Virus record (IMG/VR): IMGVR_UViG_3300012953_000180
Location: 1 to 27,141 of that record
Source: a virus
Lineage: Duplodnaviria; Caudoviricetes
DNA length: 27,141 nt
Strand: one strand, 5' to 3'
A model generated the notes under the pieces. That model saw only the letters and a program-made list of their open reading frames with translations, was not told the DNA's origin and did not search any database. Made by a program: the position numbers and the translations under genes. Every line of letters starts with the position of its first letter. Position 1 is the stretch's first letter. Of this stretch, positions 1 to 11,400 are shown in pieces.

Positions 1-2
1 CC

Positions 3-263
3 ATACTTGCATTGTTCAAAGCCTTTCCTACTTTGGAGAGGCTTTTTATGCATATATCAGATGCAGTTAAAGAAGCCAACGCAGCGAAAAGGTATGAGGA
101 TAAACTTACTCATATTGATAATGCTTTGCGCATCCACGGGTTGCCAGACGACTCCAAAGTACGAGAACGTCAGGGAACTGACGGCACATCCCCAATTCCC
201 GAAAGCGGCGTTTCACGCACCGGACTTCACAAGACAAGCGATGAGAACGATAGCTCGACTTGA
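3..263 (+). CDS. Putative i-spanin (Rz-like), 5'-truncated
   Basis: Frame open from the window edge (ILALFKAFPTLERLF...), hydrophobic start then helical and low-complexity tail; overlapped by a lipoprotein ORF in the +1 frame. Confidence 0.45.
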   Translation: MLALFKAFPTLERLFMHISDAVKEANAAKRYEDKLTHIDNALRIHGLPDDSKVRERQGTDGTSPIPESGVSRTGLHKTSDENDSST

Positions 264-285
264 ATATGAATTGGAGAGACAATAA
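94..285 (+). CDS. Lipoprotein, putative o-spanin (Rz1-like)
   Basis: ATG at 94 gives MRINLLILIMLCASTG-C: signal peptide plus lipobox-like Cys, 63 aa, largely embedded in the upstream ORF as in Rz/Rz1 pairs. Confidence 0.55.
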   Translation: MRINLLILIMLCASTGCQTTPKYENVRELTAHPQFPKAAFHAPDFTRQAMRTIARLEYELERQ

Positions 286-296
286 GGACGTAAACT

Positions 297-425
297 ATGA
301 GCGTGACCGGCATAGCGAAAAGAACAAAGTCCGCAACAAGCGCGATTACAAAAAGAAGCAATCAAGCCGTAAGCGCAATAACAAAAAGAACTAAACCTAG
401 TGTGAAGGCAATCACAAAACGATGA
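297..425 (+). CDS. 42-aa basic repeat peptide (not in ORF track)
   Basis: MSVTGIAKRTKSATSAITKRSNQAVSAITKRTKPSVKAITKR; fills the gap and its stop overlaps the next ATG (ATGA at 422-425). Confidence 0.65.
   Translation: MSVTGIAKRTKSATSAITKRSNQAVSAITKRTKPSVKAITKR
300..422 (+). repeat. Degenerate 33-bp coding tandem repeat (about 4 units)
   Basis: GGCATAGCGAAAAGA / GCGATTACAAAAAGA / GCAATAACAAAAAGA / GCAATCACAAAACGA at 33-nt spacing. Confidence 0.75.
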
Positions 426-1468
426 GTGCAGAATACATTATAGATAGATTCGGTAAAAAGGTTGGATTAAATGCCGGTGATGATAATCAGCGTTTTGTTA
501 TACTCGACTTTTTGAATGAAGCCATGCAAGCAGTCTACGAGTATGTGGATATTCCCGGCTCGCTTGTTGAAGAAGAATTTTATGTTGCAGGAAATCAGCG
601 CATCGCAATGAGTCGTGACGTTCAGTCAATTCGTGCTATGCGCGAGAAAGACTCTAAACTTCCGTGGAAGTCTCGCAACTTACTGTCAGAATACAATTTT
701 AACAATTGGAAAAGCGACGACAGATGTTTTCGCATTGTTGGTTATGAGCCACTAAAAAAGTCGCTACCCACGGCAACAACTTCTACAAGAGGTTCAACAG
801 CAACCGGACTTACTGTACTTGCTTATGCAAACATAGCAGCAACAGAGAAGGTTGCAATTACGTTTGATACATCTACATCAGACAGGCAGACAGTTACAAT
901 TACTCCCGGTTCACATACGGGGTCATCACCAGACTCAACTGCTGTAACGCTAGCTACGCACCACACAATATCCGACATAGTCAGCATTCGACGTTACGAT
1001 ACTGATAACGAACGATACGGTAATCACGCAGAAGATGGTGGTGGTGTAATCAAACTTGTTGATACATCAGATAACACAATTATTTATTCAGAGATTCCGC
1101 ATGATGAAACTGAAGCTCAGTATTTAATCGTGGATATTTCTGAGTTTCCTTGGGACGAAAATTCAGCACAAGACGACGATCACACTCTGCAAATTCTATA
1201 CAAGAAAAAGCTGAAATACATTAAGAGCGATAACGATCCGTTTCCTTTATACGGTTACGAGAACATCGTCATGCACAAGATGATGCAGTTGTTTTTTGAG
1301 GAGCAGGGCAAGATAGATCAAGCGACGGTTTTTGAGCGCAAAGTTGTTCGTGATCTAGGTAGAAAAATTGCAGACATGGAGCGCGGTCAAGAACGCAAGA
1401 TGCAGTTTGGTCGCCATCCCCACGATAATTTAACATTCGCAAGACGCTGGCATTATCACCGTGGCTAA
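422..1468 (+). CDS. Putative head-tail adaptor / tail tubular protein A-like
   Basis: 348 aa; N-terminal 'ILDFLNEAMQAV' helix and C-terminal 'LYKKK...D.DP.P' plus helices resemble podoviral adaptors; located before a nozzle-like gene. Confidence 0.5.
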   Translation: MSAEYIIDRFGKKVGLNAGDDNQRFVILDFLNEAMQAVYEYVDIPGSLVEEEFYVAGNQRIAMSRDVQSIRAMREKDSKLPWKSRNLLSEYNFNNWKSDDRCFRIVGYEPLKKSLPTATTSTRGSTATGLTVLAYANIAATEKVAITFDTSTSDRQTVTITPGSHTGSSPDSTAVTLATHHTISDIVSIRRYDTDNERYGNHAEDGGGVIKLVDTSDNTIIYSEIPHDETEAQYLIVDISEFPWDENSAQDDDHTLQILYKKKLKYIKSDNDPFPLYGYENIVMHKMMQLFFEEQGKIDQATVFERKVVRDLGRKIADMERGQERKMQFGRHPHDNLTFARRWHYHRG

Positions 1469-3200
1469 TTATATTCAAACATCTTTTCTTGGTGGCATGA
1501 ATCTGTCGGTTGACGATACACGCCTGACAGAAGACGAGTATAAGTTTGCTAAAAATGTTCGGAATAGATTTGGCACATTAGAAGGTATAAAAAATGTTAA
1601 TGATATTTCCAGCGACATTGGCGCATTTACGTCTAACCCACCAATACAAGCGATCTACTCTGTAGGTGAGTATGTATTTTTATTCTTCAAGGGAGGATGT
1701 AAGTACAGAAAGCCGCAAAATCCAGATACTACTTGGTCGGTTCTTTATTCTGGAGGAACCATGCACGAATCCAACGAGATATTTGTGCAAGCCGTACCCG
1801 CATCCACACAAAACTTTTTACGAAAAGAAACAAGAGTAGCAGGGTCAGCATTAGAACTTGATACAGCACAGACTGTGCAAAAGACTGTTTCGTCAATTAT
1901 TGTGCAAGACGGAGTTAGTACACCAAGAGTTATAGAAATTTCTGGTGGAACAGTTTCTGATCGTGCAGCAAAGACTTACGCAGAATGGTCTGATGGTACA
2001 CACACATCCCGTGAATACATACCGATAGGAAAGCAGATGGCTTTCTTCAACAATAAGTTGTTTGTTGTTAGTACGGATGGAACTGAAATATACCATAGTG
2101 TGAGTGGCCGTCCAATGGATTTTGTGATACCGATAGATACGTCAGGTAACAAGATAAATGCAGACGAAACTATTGGAGGCGCACCAGCCACATCATACAC
2201 AGTAGGCTACAATGTAATTACAGCATTGAAGGTCTTGAATAGTGAAGCCTTGTTTGTTTCAACTTTGGGCGGTTCTTATGCTGTATCATTAGACTATACG
2301 TTTATGGTTTTTGGTGAACCCTCGTTCACCAAGCAATTCCTGTTTACAGCAAACTCGGTAAATCAAAAATCATTTATTGAGTTACTTGGTGATTTTGCGT
2401 TTCTTGATCCAGAGGGATTACGTTCGTTTAACGCAGTAATGCAGTCAAAGAATGAAGCACGTAATTCGGTATTTTCGCTCAAGGTCGCACGACTATTCAA
2501 AGATGTTGTTCAGACCACTAACAAATGCGCCGCAGTCACATTTGATGATTATGCGCTCTTTGCTTGCAACACTATTTACGGTCACGGCATTTTGGTTTAT
2601 GACATTCTTACGCAACAGTTTGTAAGTTTTGATCAGCTAACTGATGACAGCAACGCAAACATCGGAGCAGTCATTGAGTTTGCTAAAGTAGAAACAAATA
2701 ACAGACGCGAGCTATTCGCTATTACGCATGGCACAACAACAAGTTCGGGCGAGCCTTCGTACCGTTGCGTTAAACTATTTGAAGGGACTAACTATGCAAC
2801 AGCATACGTCGAGACTAGAGCGTTTTGCACCAATGATACCAGAGTTGAACAGAAGCCGCAGGAGTTACGTCTTTTATTTAACAAAATACAACGCGCCTCG
2901 GCAGTTACAGCAACTCAGCGTGTAAACGACGAATTCACACCAGACTCGTCTGCTGGTTCACAAACAAAGACAGTACCAGTACAAGATATTTCAGTTAAGT
3001 TTCCGGTCACATTACCAGCAAATTGGAGTGGCCCGAAACAAATACAAAACCTACTATACAATTTTCAATGTGGTCAGCAGGGTTGGAAGGTTTCTTACGC
3101 ATTAAAATGGACAAACGGAATTACGTTGTCTAACTTCCAGTTGCAGACGCAGGACATTACACCAATGAATCCAATGTTATCACAGGCTTATGTCAGTTAA
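1461..3200 (+). CDS. Putative tail nozzle / stabilisation protein (tail tubular B or P22 gp10-like)
   Basis: 579 aa, beta-rich, begins 'QTSFLGGMN...AKNVR...G.L', typical of podoviral nozzle beta-propellers; synteny. Confidence 0.6.
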   Translation: MANYIQTSFLGGMNLSVDDTRLTEDEYKFAKNVRNRFGTLEGIKNVNDISSDIGAFTSNPPIQAIYSVGEYVFLFFKGGCKYRKPQNPDTTWSVLYSGGTMHESNEIFVQAVPASTQNFLRKETRVAGSALELDTAQTVQKTVSSIIVQDGVSTPRVIEISGGTVSDRAAKTYAEWSDGTHTSREYIPIGKQMAFFNNKLFVVSTDGTEIYHSVSGRPMDFVIPIDTSGNKINADETIGGAPATSYTVGYNVITALKVLNSEALFVSTLGGSYAVSLDYTFMVFGEPSFTKQFLFTANSVNQKSFIELLGDFAFLDPEGLRSFNAVMQSKNEARNSVFSLKVARLFKDVVQTTNKCAAVTFDDYALFACNTIYGHGILVYDILTQQFVSFDQLTDDSNANIGAVIEFAKVETNNRRELFAITHGTTTSSGEPSYRCVKLFEGTNYATAYVETRAFCTNDTRVEQKPQELRLLFNKIQRASAVTATQRVNDEFTPDSSAGSQTKTVPVQDISVKFPVTLPANWSGPKQIQNLLYNFQCGQQGWKVSYALKWTNGITLSNFQLQTQDITPMNPMLSQAYVS

Positions 3201-3519
3201 TGTATCACACACAGACTTTACAGATGCGACTACGTTGTTTGCCGATTTGGCAGCAGCGAACGCAATGCTTGATGGTCTGACAGTACCGGACGCAACTACC
3301 AGTACAGATGGAGTTGTAAAGAAATCAGCAGCTTCGGCAGACATTGCTTCGATAGGAGGTACGTCAACAAGTTCTGCTTCAGCAGTTACAGCAATTACTT
3401 TTTCTGCATCTGATGCAAGTAATCCCACGAAGGCTGAGATTATTGTTACGTTAAATCAGATGGCACAACAAATCAATCACCTCAAAAGCGTCTTACGCAA
3501 CGCAGGAATACTAACATGA
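3190..3519 (+). CDS. Head-fibre-like small virion protein
   Basis: 'PDATTSTDGVVKKSAASAD...QINHLKSVLRNAGIL' matches the pattern of phage head-fibre proteins; Ala/Ser/Thr rich. Confidence 0.5.
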   Translation: MSVNVSHTDFTDATTLFADLAAANAMLDGLTVPDATTSTDGVVKKSAASADIASIGGTSTSSASAVTAITFSASDASNPTKAEIIVTLNQMAQQINHLKSVLRNAGILT

Positions 3520-4610
3520 AGAATCTATTTGAAAAATTACTCGATGTAACTGGTGGTGCGGCGCAAGGATTGTTATCTGGTTTCAGTAGCTTAACAGATA
3601 AGGCATTAAATTTATTCAGCGAAGATGGTGTTCTCAGCATGAACAACCTAGTTGAAGCTGGAACTTTATTTGCGATTGCAGAAGCATTAGCATCAGACGA
3701 TCAAAAAGACGCAGTAAAAGCATTAAGAAAACAATATCAAGAATTTTTACCAGCGTTTACACAGGCAAAAATCAATGCAGGAAAGACTGAAGCACTCGCA
3801 TTAGAGGATATAGATCAGCTAGTAAAGTACGGCATAGTTAATGAAAGAAACACCGACGGCCAATTAATTAAACAGACTGCTGGCCCACTAGGAGGATCAG
3901 AGTCACTAAAGTATGAACAATACTATGGAGTCAAGCCGCAGTATAAAGTTGATGAAAAGACCGGCAACATCATGCTGGATGAAGGCGGCAATCCTATAAC
4001 TGTTCGCACAGGACAACCCGGCCTCGCTGAAATTGCAGGTCAATCACAACGTGAACAGCAACGTCTTGGTGATTTAGCTAGAACAGGAACGAGAGTAGAT
4101 CAGTTGGCGCAGTCAGGTCAGCCATTGGCGCAAGGACTTCGTCGCATGGAGCAAACGCTTTCACCGGAAGTCCAGCAAACTCAAGGCCAAGTTGGACAAA
4201 GTTTTCGTGGACTACTTGCAGCACAAGACCCGACTAGGTTGTCTGGTGCAGAGGAAGCACAAGTAGAACGCGGCCTTGGTCGAATGGGACTCGGCATTGG
4301 TCGTACATCTGAGATGGACAAGTACCGTGCTGCGATGACATTTGGTGATGCGTTAGCCTCAAAGCAACAACGTCTTGGTCAAGCACTCGGTCAAACAGGC
4401 AGCGTTGTTCCTAGTCTGAAATCAAACATAAATCCCGGCGTAGTCTTTGGTGAAGGCACAACAACAATGCCAACGATGCCGGGACAAGTTGGAACATTTG
4501 GTAACACAGCAGCACAAGCACTTGCACCAGTATCTAATATAATCACAAGCAAGCAAGGTGAGCAGGGCGGCAAAGAAGCATTAAGAAATGCAATTGGCTT
4601 AACACCGTAA
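3516..4610 (+). CDS. Putative internal virion / DNA ejection protein
   Basis: 364 aa, Gly/Gln/Ala-rich helical; lies between tail genes and the giant internal protein; ATGA overlap with the upstream gene. Confidence 0.5.
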   Translation: MKNLFEKLLDVTGGAAQGLLSGFSSLTDKALNLFSEDGVLSMNNLVEAGTLFAIAEALASDDQKDAVKALRKQYQEFLPAFTQAKINAGKTEALALEDIDQLVKYGIVNERNTDGQLIKQTAGPLGGSESLKYEQYYGVKPQYKVDEKTGNIMLDEGGNPITVRTGQPGLAEIAGQSQREQQRLGDLARTGTRVDQLAQSGQPLAQGLRRMEQTLSPEVQQTQGQVGQSFRGLLAAQDPTRLSGAEEAQVERGLGRMGLGIGRTSEMDKYRAAMTFGDALASKQQRLGQALGQTGSVVPSLKSNINPGVVFGEGTTTMPTMPGQVGTFGNTAAQALAPVSNIITSKQGEQGGKEALRNAIGLTP

Positions 4611-4615
4611 TAGTT

Positions 4616-5491
4616 ATGTCTAATTTATTTGAACTAACAAAGAGGAGGCGGCGAGCGCAGGAGTTTGCTGATCGGTTTCGCGAAGGTGCAACTGAATCAG
4701 AGCGTGAGTTCTTTGATCGTTACTACCAAGAACCATCAGCGAGTCCGATCCTACAACGAGGCGAGTTACAACGTCAGTTGGAGCAAGGTGATGCATTGCG
4801 CAGATCATTGATGGCTCGCGGCATGAATGCGATGCAAGCTGAAGACGCAGCAGAACGCGCTGAAAAAGCCCAACAAACAGAATTTGAAACGACTACTAAA
4901 GATATAACCGATGTTTACACACAACCGGGTTCTTTAGGTTATGATTCTCCGTTAGGTTATGGTGGATATTTAACTGAGCGTGATGAAAGCATGGGGCAGA
5001 CTAGACCAGCACTAACTGAAGATGAATTTGCTAGACAACGAGCCTTGCAGATGCGGTTAGCTAGACCAGTATCACAGCTTGCTGCGGCAGAAGTTGCAAG
5101 TTCCACGATGGATGCGTCTGCTCAATTAATTCAAGATAGAGCAGAAGAACTTCGTGCAAAACTTCCAGCTATAAAAGCTGATTCTAACGTAAAAGAGAAA
5201 GTTAATAAGTACATAGACGATGCAATTCAACAATACAGCGCGACGGATGATCCTAAAGTAATTCAAGATATAATTCAACGCATGGATAATCTGCGTAATA
5301 TTGTTGATGGGGCTACCAGAAGTGGTAGTGCTATTGGCCTTGGTCACAGCCCCGCTGACTTTATCAAACTTAATAACGAGCTTGAAAATGCATTAGGCAA
5401 CAATACACCTACTATAACAGGTGAAAATAATACTGATTTTCGCTTACGCCAAGCGCGTCCAGAAATTGTTGAATCAAGAGAGTCTAACTAA
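4616..5491 (+). CDS. Putative internal virion / DNA ejection protein
   Basis: 291 aa, charged helical; second of three ejectosome-position genes. Confidence 0.45.
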   Translation: MSNLFELTKRRRRAQEFADRFREGATESEREFFDRYYQEPSASPILQRGELQRQLEQGDALRRSLMARGMNAMQAEDAAERAEKAQQTEFETTTKDITDVYTQPGSLGYDSPLGYGGYLTERDESMGQTRPALTEDEFARQRALQMRLARPVSQLAAAEVASSTMDASAQLIQDRAEELRAKLPAIKADSNVKEKVNKYIDDAIQQYSATDDPKVIQDIIQRMDNLRNIVDGATRSGSAIGLGHSPADFIKLNNELENALGNNTPTITGENNTDFRLRQARPEIVESRESN

Positions 5492-8400
5492 TGACGCTAG
5501 AAGAAGAAAAGCGTAGACTGCGTGATAGATACAACATTCCAGACAATGTTGAAATTCTAACGCAGGAAGAATATGACATTGCAGAAGCAGAAGATCGTTC
5601 TGCACTTGCTGTTGGATTTCAGTCAGCAACAAGATCAGTAGTCCCGGGTCTTACTGGTCTTGGTGCAATGGCAGCAGCAAGTAAGGCACTATCTAAAATA
5701 CCAGCCCGTAATGTACCTACAGCAATTGCTAAAGGTGCTGGGATGTTGGGTAGTGCAATTGTTGGCGGTATTGCTGGAGACATAGCTCAGACAAAAGTAG
5801 ACGAGGCGATTCGCGGTGAAGAAGCAGTTAGAGAGACAGAGCGTGAACTTGCTGCTGGACGCAAAGCGCAACCTGTTGCATCAGTCACAGGCGAAATTCT
5901 TGGAGGTAGTCTTGGTGGTGGTGTTGCTCCATCATTAAAGACAGCAAAAGGTTTAGGCGAAGCAGTTAAGTCCGGTTTTGGTACACGGGCTAAACAATCC
6001 GAAGCTGCAAAGTATGCTGTTGGTCAATCAGTTGTTGGTGCTGGTATTGGTGGTGCAGTAGAGGGTGCAAGGCAATTTCAAGAAGGAGACTTTCAGCCAA
6101 CAGCATTAGGCGCAGCAATGACAGGTGGTGCATTGTTTACTGAGCCAGTTGGTCTTGGGCGCAAGTTGCTTGGTACAACAGCACCTCCACCGTCAGACGC
6201 ACCAGAGAGACCAGTTGAATTTGGAATACAAGTGGGCGAGGACTTAAAGGACATTAAAGATTTGCCAGTACAAGAGGCACTTCTTGCTCGCTCAATTGTT
6301 AAAGGTGAAGACGAAGGAATAGGTCGCAGGACTCTTGTTGATGATATGCTTGAAAAAGTCGCAGATGACATGGAAGCTGCGTCCAAGAAATCTGATCAAG
6401 TTAAACAAGATGCTGATGCAATCCGAGAGACTTCCGAGAATCCGAAAACATCTATTGAGGGTGAGTTCGAGAAAATCAACAAAGACCCGAAGATTGATAA
6501 AGCACTCAGAGAACTTGAGAAGAAACAAAAGCCATCTAAAGAAGATCAAGTAAAAATTACTGATCAAGGCAAGAAGAAGATAGAGTCTAAAATTTCAGCA
6601 ATGTCCAACGAGGATGTTGCCCGTGCGTTCGCCAGACTTAATCAACGTAAACGTGCCGAAGTATCTACAAGGTTTCTTCAGAATCAAAACAAGTCCATTG
6701 AAGATGCTCGCGCTGAGTTGATGGCTGAGATTGAAACCAAGCTGCCAGCAGACTTATTTAAGACTGCAAGGAACTTGGCCAATCGTCGCAACATTACCAT
6801 GCGTGTCGCAGTAGATAAGCTAGTCGATAATGCACAAGGACGCGCTCTCGGATTCCTACACAACAAGAGTAATCGAGTTACAAATCCTGAGATGGTCTTG
6901 AGTCTTGATGATATTAATCTTGAGACACCATTACATGAAACTGTTCATCGGTTTGTTCGTGATTTGTTTGAGTCATCTAACGAGGTTGATCAGAAACTTG
7001 CGCGTGGTTGGTACAAAGAATTACTCAGCAACGATTCATCGTTTAACATCAACAAAGTAAAAGAAAAATTTAAGGCGAAAGGCTACAACTTTGATAAAGA
7101 TGAAGCGTACCTTGATGAGTTTCTTGCTGAAGAAGGTGGTAAAAAACTTGAGCAGCGTCTTCGTAATTTACCGAAAGGTACGTTCGATAAGATGCGACGT
7201 TGGTATGCTGATGTTCGTCGAGGTCAAAAAGTTAAGTACGGCAAAGCAGCAGTAAACGACATACTAGATTACATTGCGCAAAGACTTGAACTAGACCCTG
7301 CCGCTTTATTCGATAACGATCTTTGGCTCAGAGACGGAATTAATTACGCCAAGTACATCGGACTAGAGAAGCCGAAGCAACTTGGTGGACAAGCTGCGAC
7401 TGCATCAAAGATTGTTGATGGCACGAAGTACGAGTCATCAGTCGAAGTGTTTGATATGCCCAAAGAGGTTGAAGAATTTCTTGAATTACCAGAGCGACCA
7501 AAAGAATTTGCGAAGAACTACGCAGAAGACTTAAACGAATTCAAAATCGCACTTGATAAGAATCATTCGTACAACTCAACCGTCGAGTATCTTGATGGTT
7601 ACATGATTGATGAAACCAACTTCGATCAGTTTATGAATACGGTGCGCAAGAACAGTCCGTTAAAGAAACTGTACAAGTCGCTCGACAACAAGCCTCAGAT
7701 AATTTTACGCACACGCAGACCAGAAGATGCTGCTGGTTACTTTGAGAACGACAAGATTGTTATCGGTGTTCCAACAATCAACGAAACTTTTGATTCAACT
7801 CTTGCTCGTTATCTGACGTATCACAAGTTGCTTGGTGATGTTCGCATGAATAATCAACTGGCTAGCGCATGGCAGATGATGGCTAAGTCAGGTATGTGGT
7901 TTAAGAACTACGAGCCTTACATGGTAGCCAAGTTCATGGACTATGCATTGAACACCAACAACAAGTTGGACGATGCAGTCAAAGCCAAGTTGCGTTACTA
8001 CCAAAACCATCTTGAGTTGGAAGTACCGAGAGGCGATTACAAGACAAACATTGGTCGTCATCAGCAGTATGATACTCGCATTATGCATCAAGGTGATGCG
8101 TTGCATGGAATCTTTAAGGCGTTGCCTCTTGATGTTAAGCAGGAGTTTGCTCGTCGCGTTGCACCTGTTGATGGACTTGGTATGTCCAATGATGAGTACG
8201 TAGAATTTTTTGACACACTACTTGATAGTTACGGAGTTACTGGTTCATCGGTTCGTAAGAACTTTGATGATATGCAACGGTCGCCTCAAGCGATGCTGGA
8301 GAACTTCGTCAATGATGAAGCCTTCAATGTAATTGATCGTAGCAAGATGATCTTTGACCGCGTCAAAGATGAGGGTCGCAACTATACTGAGTTTGATCGG

Positions 8401-11400
8401 ATACAAGCATTGTGGTCTGACTCGAATGTTTCTGTTGATGGAGTTCTCGCTAATGGTATGCGCAGCAAGTTCCTCGAAACTGCCGAGGAAATCGTAGGCA
8501 CAAAGCTCGATATTCTAACACACAACCCACAACCTCCGAGGCCAAGACAAACAGACTTTGAAGAACTTTGGAGTGTCAGTAAACTGGCATCAGAGGAAAG
8601 TGGTGCTGATCCGATTGGTAAGGTTGATGAGGAGACTCCAATCCCGATGGATTCAACTCCGAAAGGATTGTCTGGTGTAGATCGTTATGAACAGAAACGC
8701 TACAGCAGAATTCCTTCACCAAACTTTGGTGAGCCAAGTACATGGCAACTGGGTAGAAGATTCACAAGAAACTTTCGTCCTGTTATAGATCGGATTCGTG
8801 AACTTGGTGAAGGCAAGTCCAAGGAACTAGCAGGGTACATCGCGTCAAAATTTGAATCAGTACACGCAGAAGAACGTGAGATGGTTGGTCGCTACCTAGA
8901 ACGAACCATGCTTGCGTTAAGCGAAGTGCATTTGGCAGGCGACGAAATGGCTACGTTAGGCCGATACCAGACAGAGCGTTGGCACACAAGGCTAGGTTTA
9001 ATTGACAAGATAGACGATGATCTAGCTAAAGCGTACAACAGCAACGCACGCATACGATACTATGATCGTATGATAGAAAGCGTTTATCGCGACACTCGTA
9101 TATTACAGAATGACCTTGGATTGAAGGTTGCGGTTTATCGTAACGGAGAGCCACAGTATGTTCCCGGTCAACACACACTTGAATACACTCCTGAGATTAT
9201 TGCTCAAGACAAACGCCGAATCTTGATGCGAGGCGAGAAGCAAAGCAAAGAGTATCAAGAATTAAAGAAGCAACTCATTGATTACTGGAAGTCTATATCC
9301 AAGGATATGTCTGACGAGGAATTTAATGATGCAGTCAAGCAATCAGAGGAAGCAGGAATCAAGGATGAGAGTGACAATGTTTCGCTCCCAAGTGAAAAGG
9401 GTAAGACCAACGACGAGAAGCTAGAGATACTTTTTGATAATTTTGCTGGCGCATTAAGAGCGACAGACAAACAGATAGGTTCACACAAGTTCAAGGCACT
9501 CCGTGTTGCAACAGGCAAGCTAGGTATTCCTGCTGCTTGGGTTGAAGCAAATGCAGTTCAACGTATGACTCGTTACGTTGTTCGCTTTGCTAAAGACATG
9601 GCGATGTTTAAGCACATAGAACTTGATCCGAAAGCCAGACAGATTCTTGGCATGCCAGATCAAGAAGGTAAGTACATTACAGAGTACGACCTTGATGGCA
9701 TGGAGAATGGAGGCCCGTTCAATCTGCCAACATACGACAAGGAGAACATCAAAGTAAAAAGCGGCAAGGCACTCTATGACTCAAACGAGATCGAGTCAGT
9801 TATGGAGAACTACATCGGATACTACGAAGGTTATGATCTAGCCATTCGTACATTCAATAGGTTAGTTACATCTAGTTGGTTGGGTGCTGGTGCTGGTATT
9901 CGTGATTTCTTTTCGTCTTACTTATTTGCTTTGCCTTACATGAGGTTGCAGGACTTACCAATTCTTGCAACTCACCTGTTGGATATACGAGATGCATGGC
10001 GCAAGAGTTTTGAGTATGGAATCAACAAGACCAACTTAAACAATCTTGAGTATAAGGCTGAGAGTATCAATCGGATTGCTGATTATGCAAACCGAGCCGC
10101 TGATACTGCGCTTCGTGTTGGCGGTCGTAACATTCTTGAGCAAGGTACTCGCGCATTACAGTTTGCGTTCGGCAAGCAGATTACTTGGGCCGCACTTCAT
10201 ATGCGTCCACTAGATGCGATCACAACAGATTGGACTGCAAACAGACTGCTAAACAATTTACAGAAGCAGATGGGTGACGTTGTCATCAACGGCAAGAAGC
10301 AGAACTTAATGGACTATGTTGGTCGCGGCACTAAAGTACCAGACGAGTTGATGGACAAAGCCGCTGCTGCGTGGGTTGAGATAAATCAAGGAACCTATGA
10401 TGCAAGAGGGTTGCCGAAGTTTACGCAGCGCGGTGTTCTCAGCATGGTAACTTCATTGTCACGTTGGTCTATCGAGAAATCAGACCGCATGGTCAAGGAT
10501 GTCATCGGCCCATTGAAGACTCAGGGCGATCCGTTACCGTTAGTTAAAGCAACGATTGGTGCAGTCATTGGAGGCGAAGCATTGAAGTATATCTCGGAGC
10601 AGATTGCGAACAAGATGCAAAGCGATCCAAAGATCATAGAAACATTACACATGGAGAACGATAAGGAACTAGCTTATGCTGTTCTTAACTCTATGCAGTA
10701 CGCAGGTTTCTTTGGGTTTCAATCTGCGTTGATTTATGACCTAGTCAAGACTTCGCGATTTGGTGTAATGGATGGTATTCCCGGTGGCTTTACTTTCCCT
10801 GCGTTTGATCAAGCATCAAAGATTGTACAAGACTTCTCCAAGTTCTTTTCGTCAGGCGAAATGACAGGCGAGAACTTCGGAACAGTCTGGACAAAGTTTA
10901 TCCGCAAAACATTTACTGACTTGAACCAGACAACTCGATACGCAGCAAATCATCTGCTGTTGTCTGAAGATATGTCTGAGTTTAATGCACGGGCAAGTCT
11001 GCGTAAGTGGGAGCGACTGACAACAGATAAAGACGATCAAGCAGTTCCATCAGATGTCGGCAATAAATACACGAACCCAGCACGAAGGGAATTCAGAAAA
11101 GCCAACAACATAGCTGACGCAAGAAAACTTCTACCAGTAGCAGTTCGTGAAGCAGCGCGTGATGCGATGCAGAAACATCCAGATAATCTTGCTGCGCAAC
11201 AACTTGCATTTAAGAATAACCTAAATGCACTTTGGACGGGCAACTGGAGAACAACTCCTGCGTTACCATCTACCAGAGAATATGTAAGGCAGAAGGATCG
11301 TATTCAGTACCTTGGAATTGAGCCAAGCAAAGCTGATCTAGCTAGGTTCCCCGACTTGGCAACGATCAATCGAAGCGAGAAGGGCGCAATGTTGTCTAGG

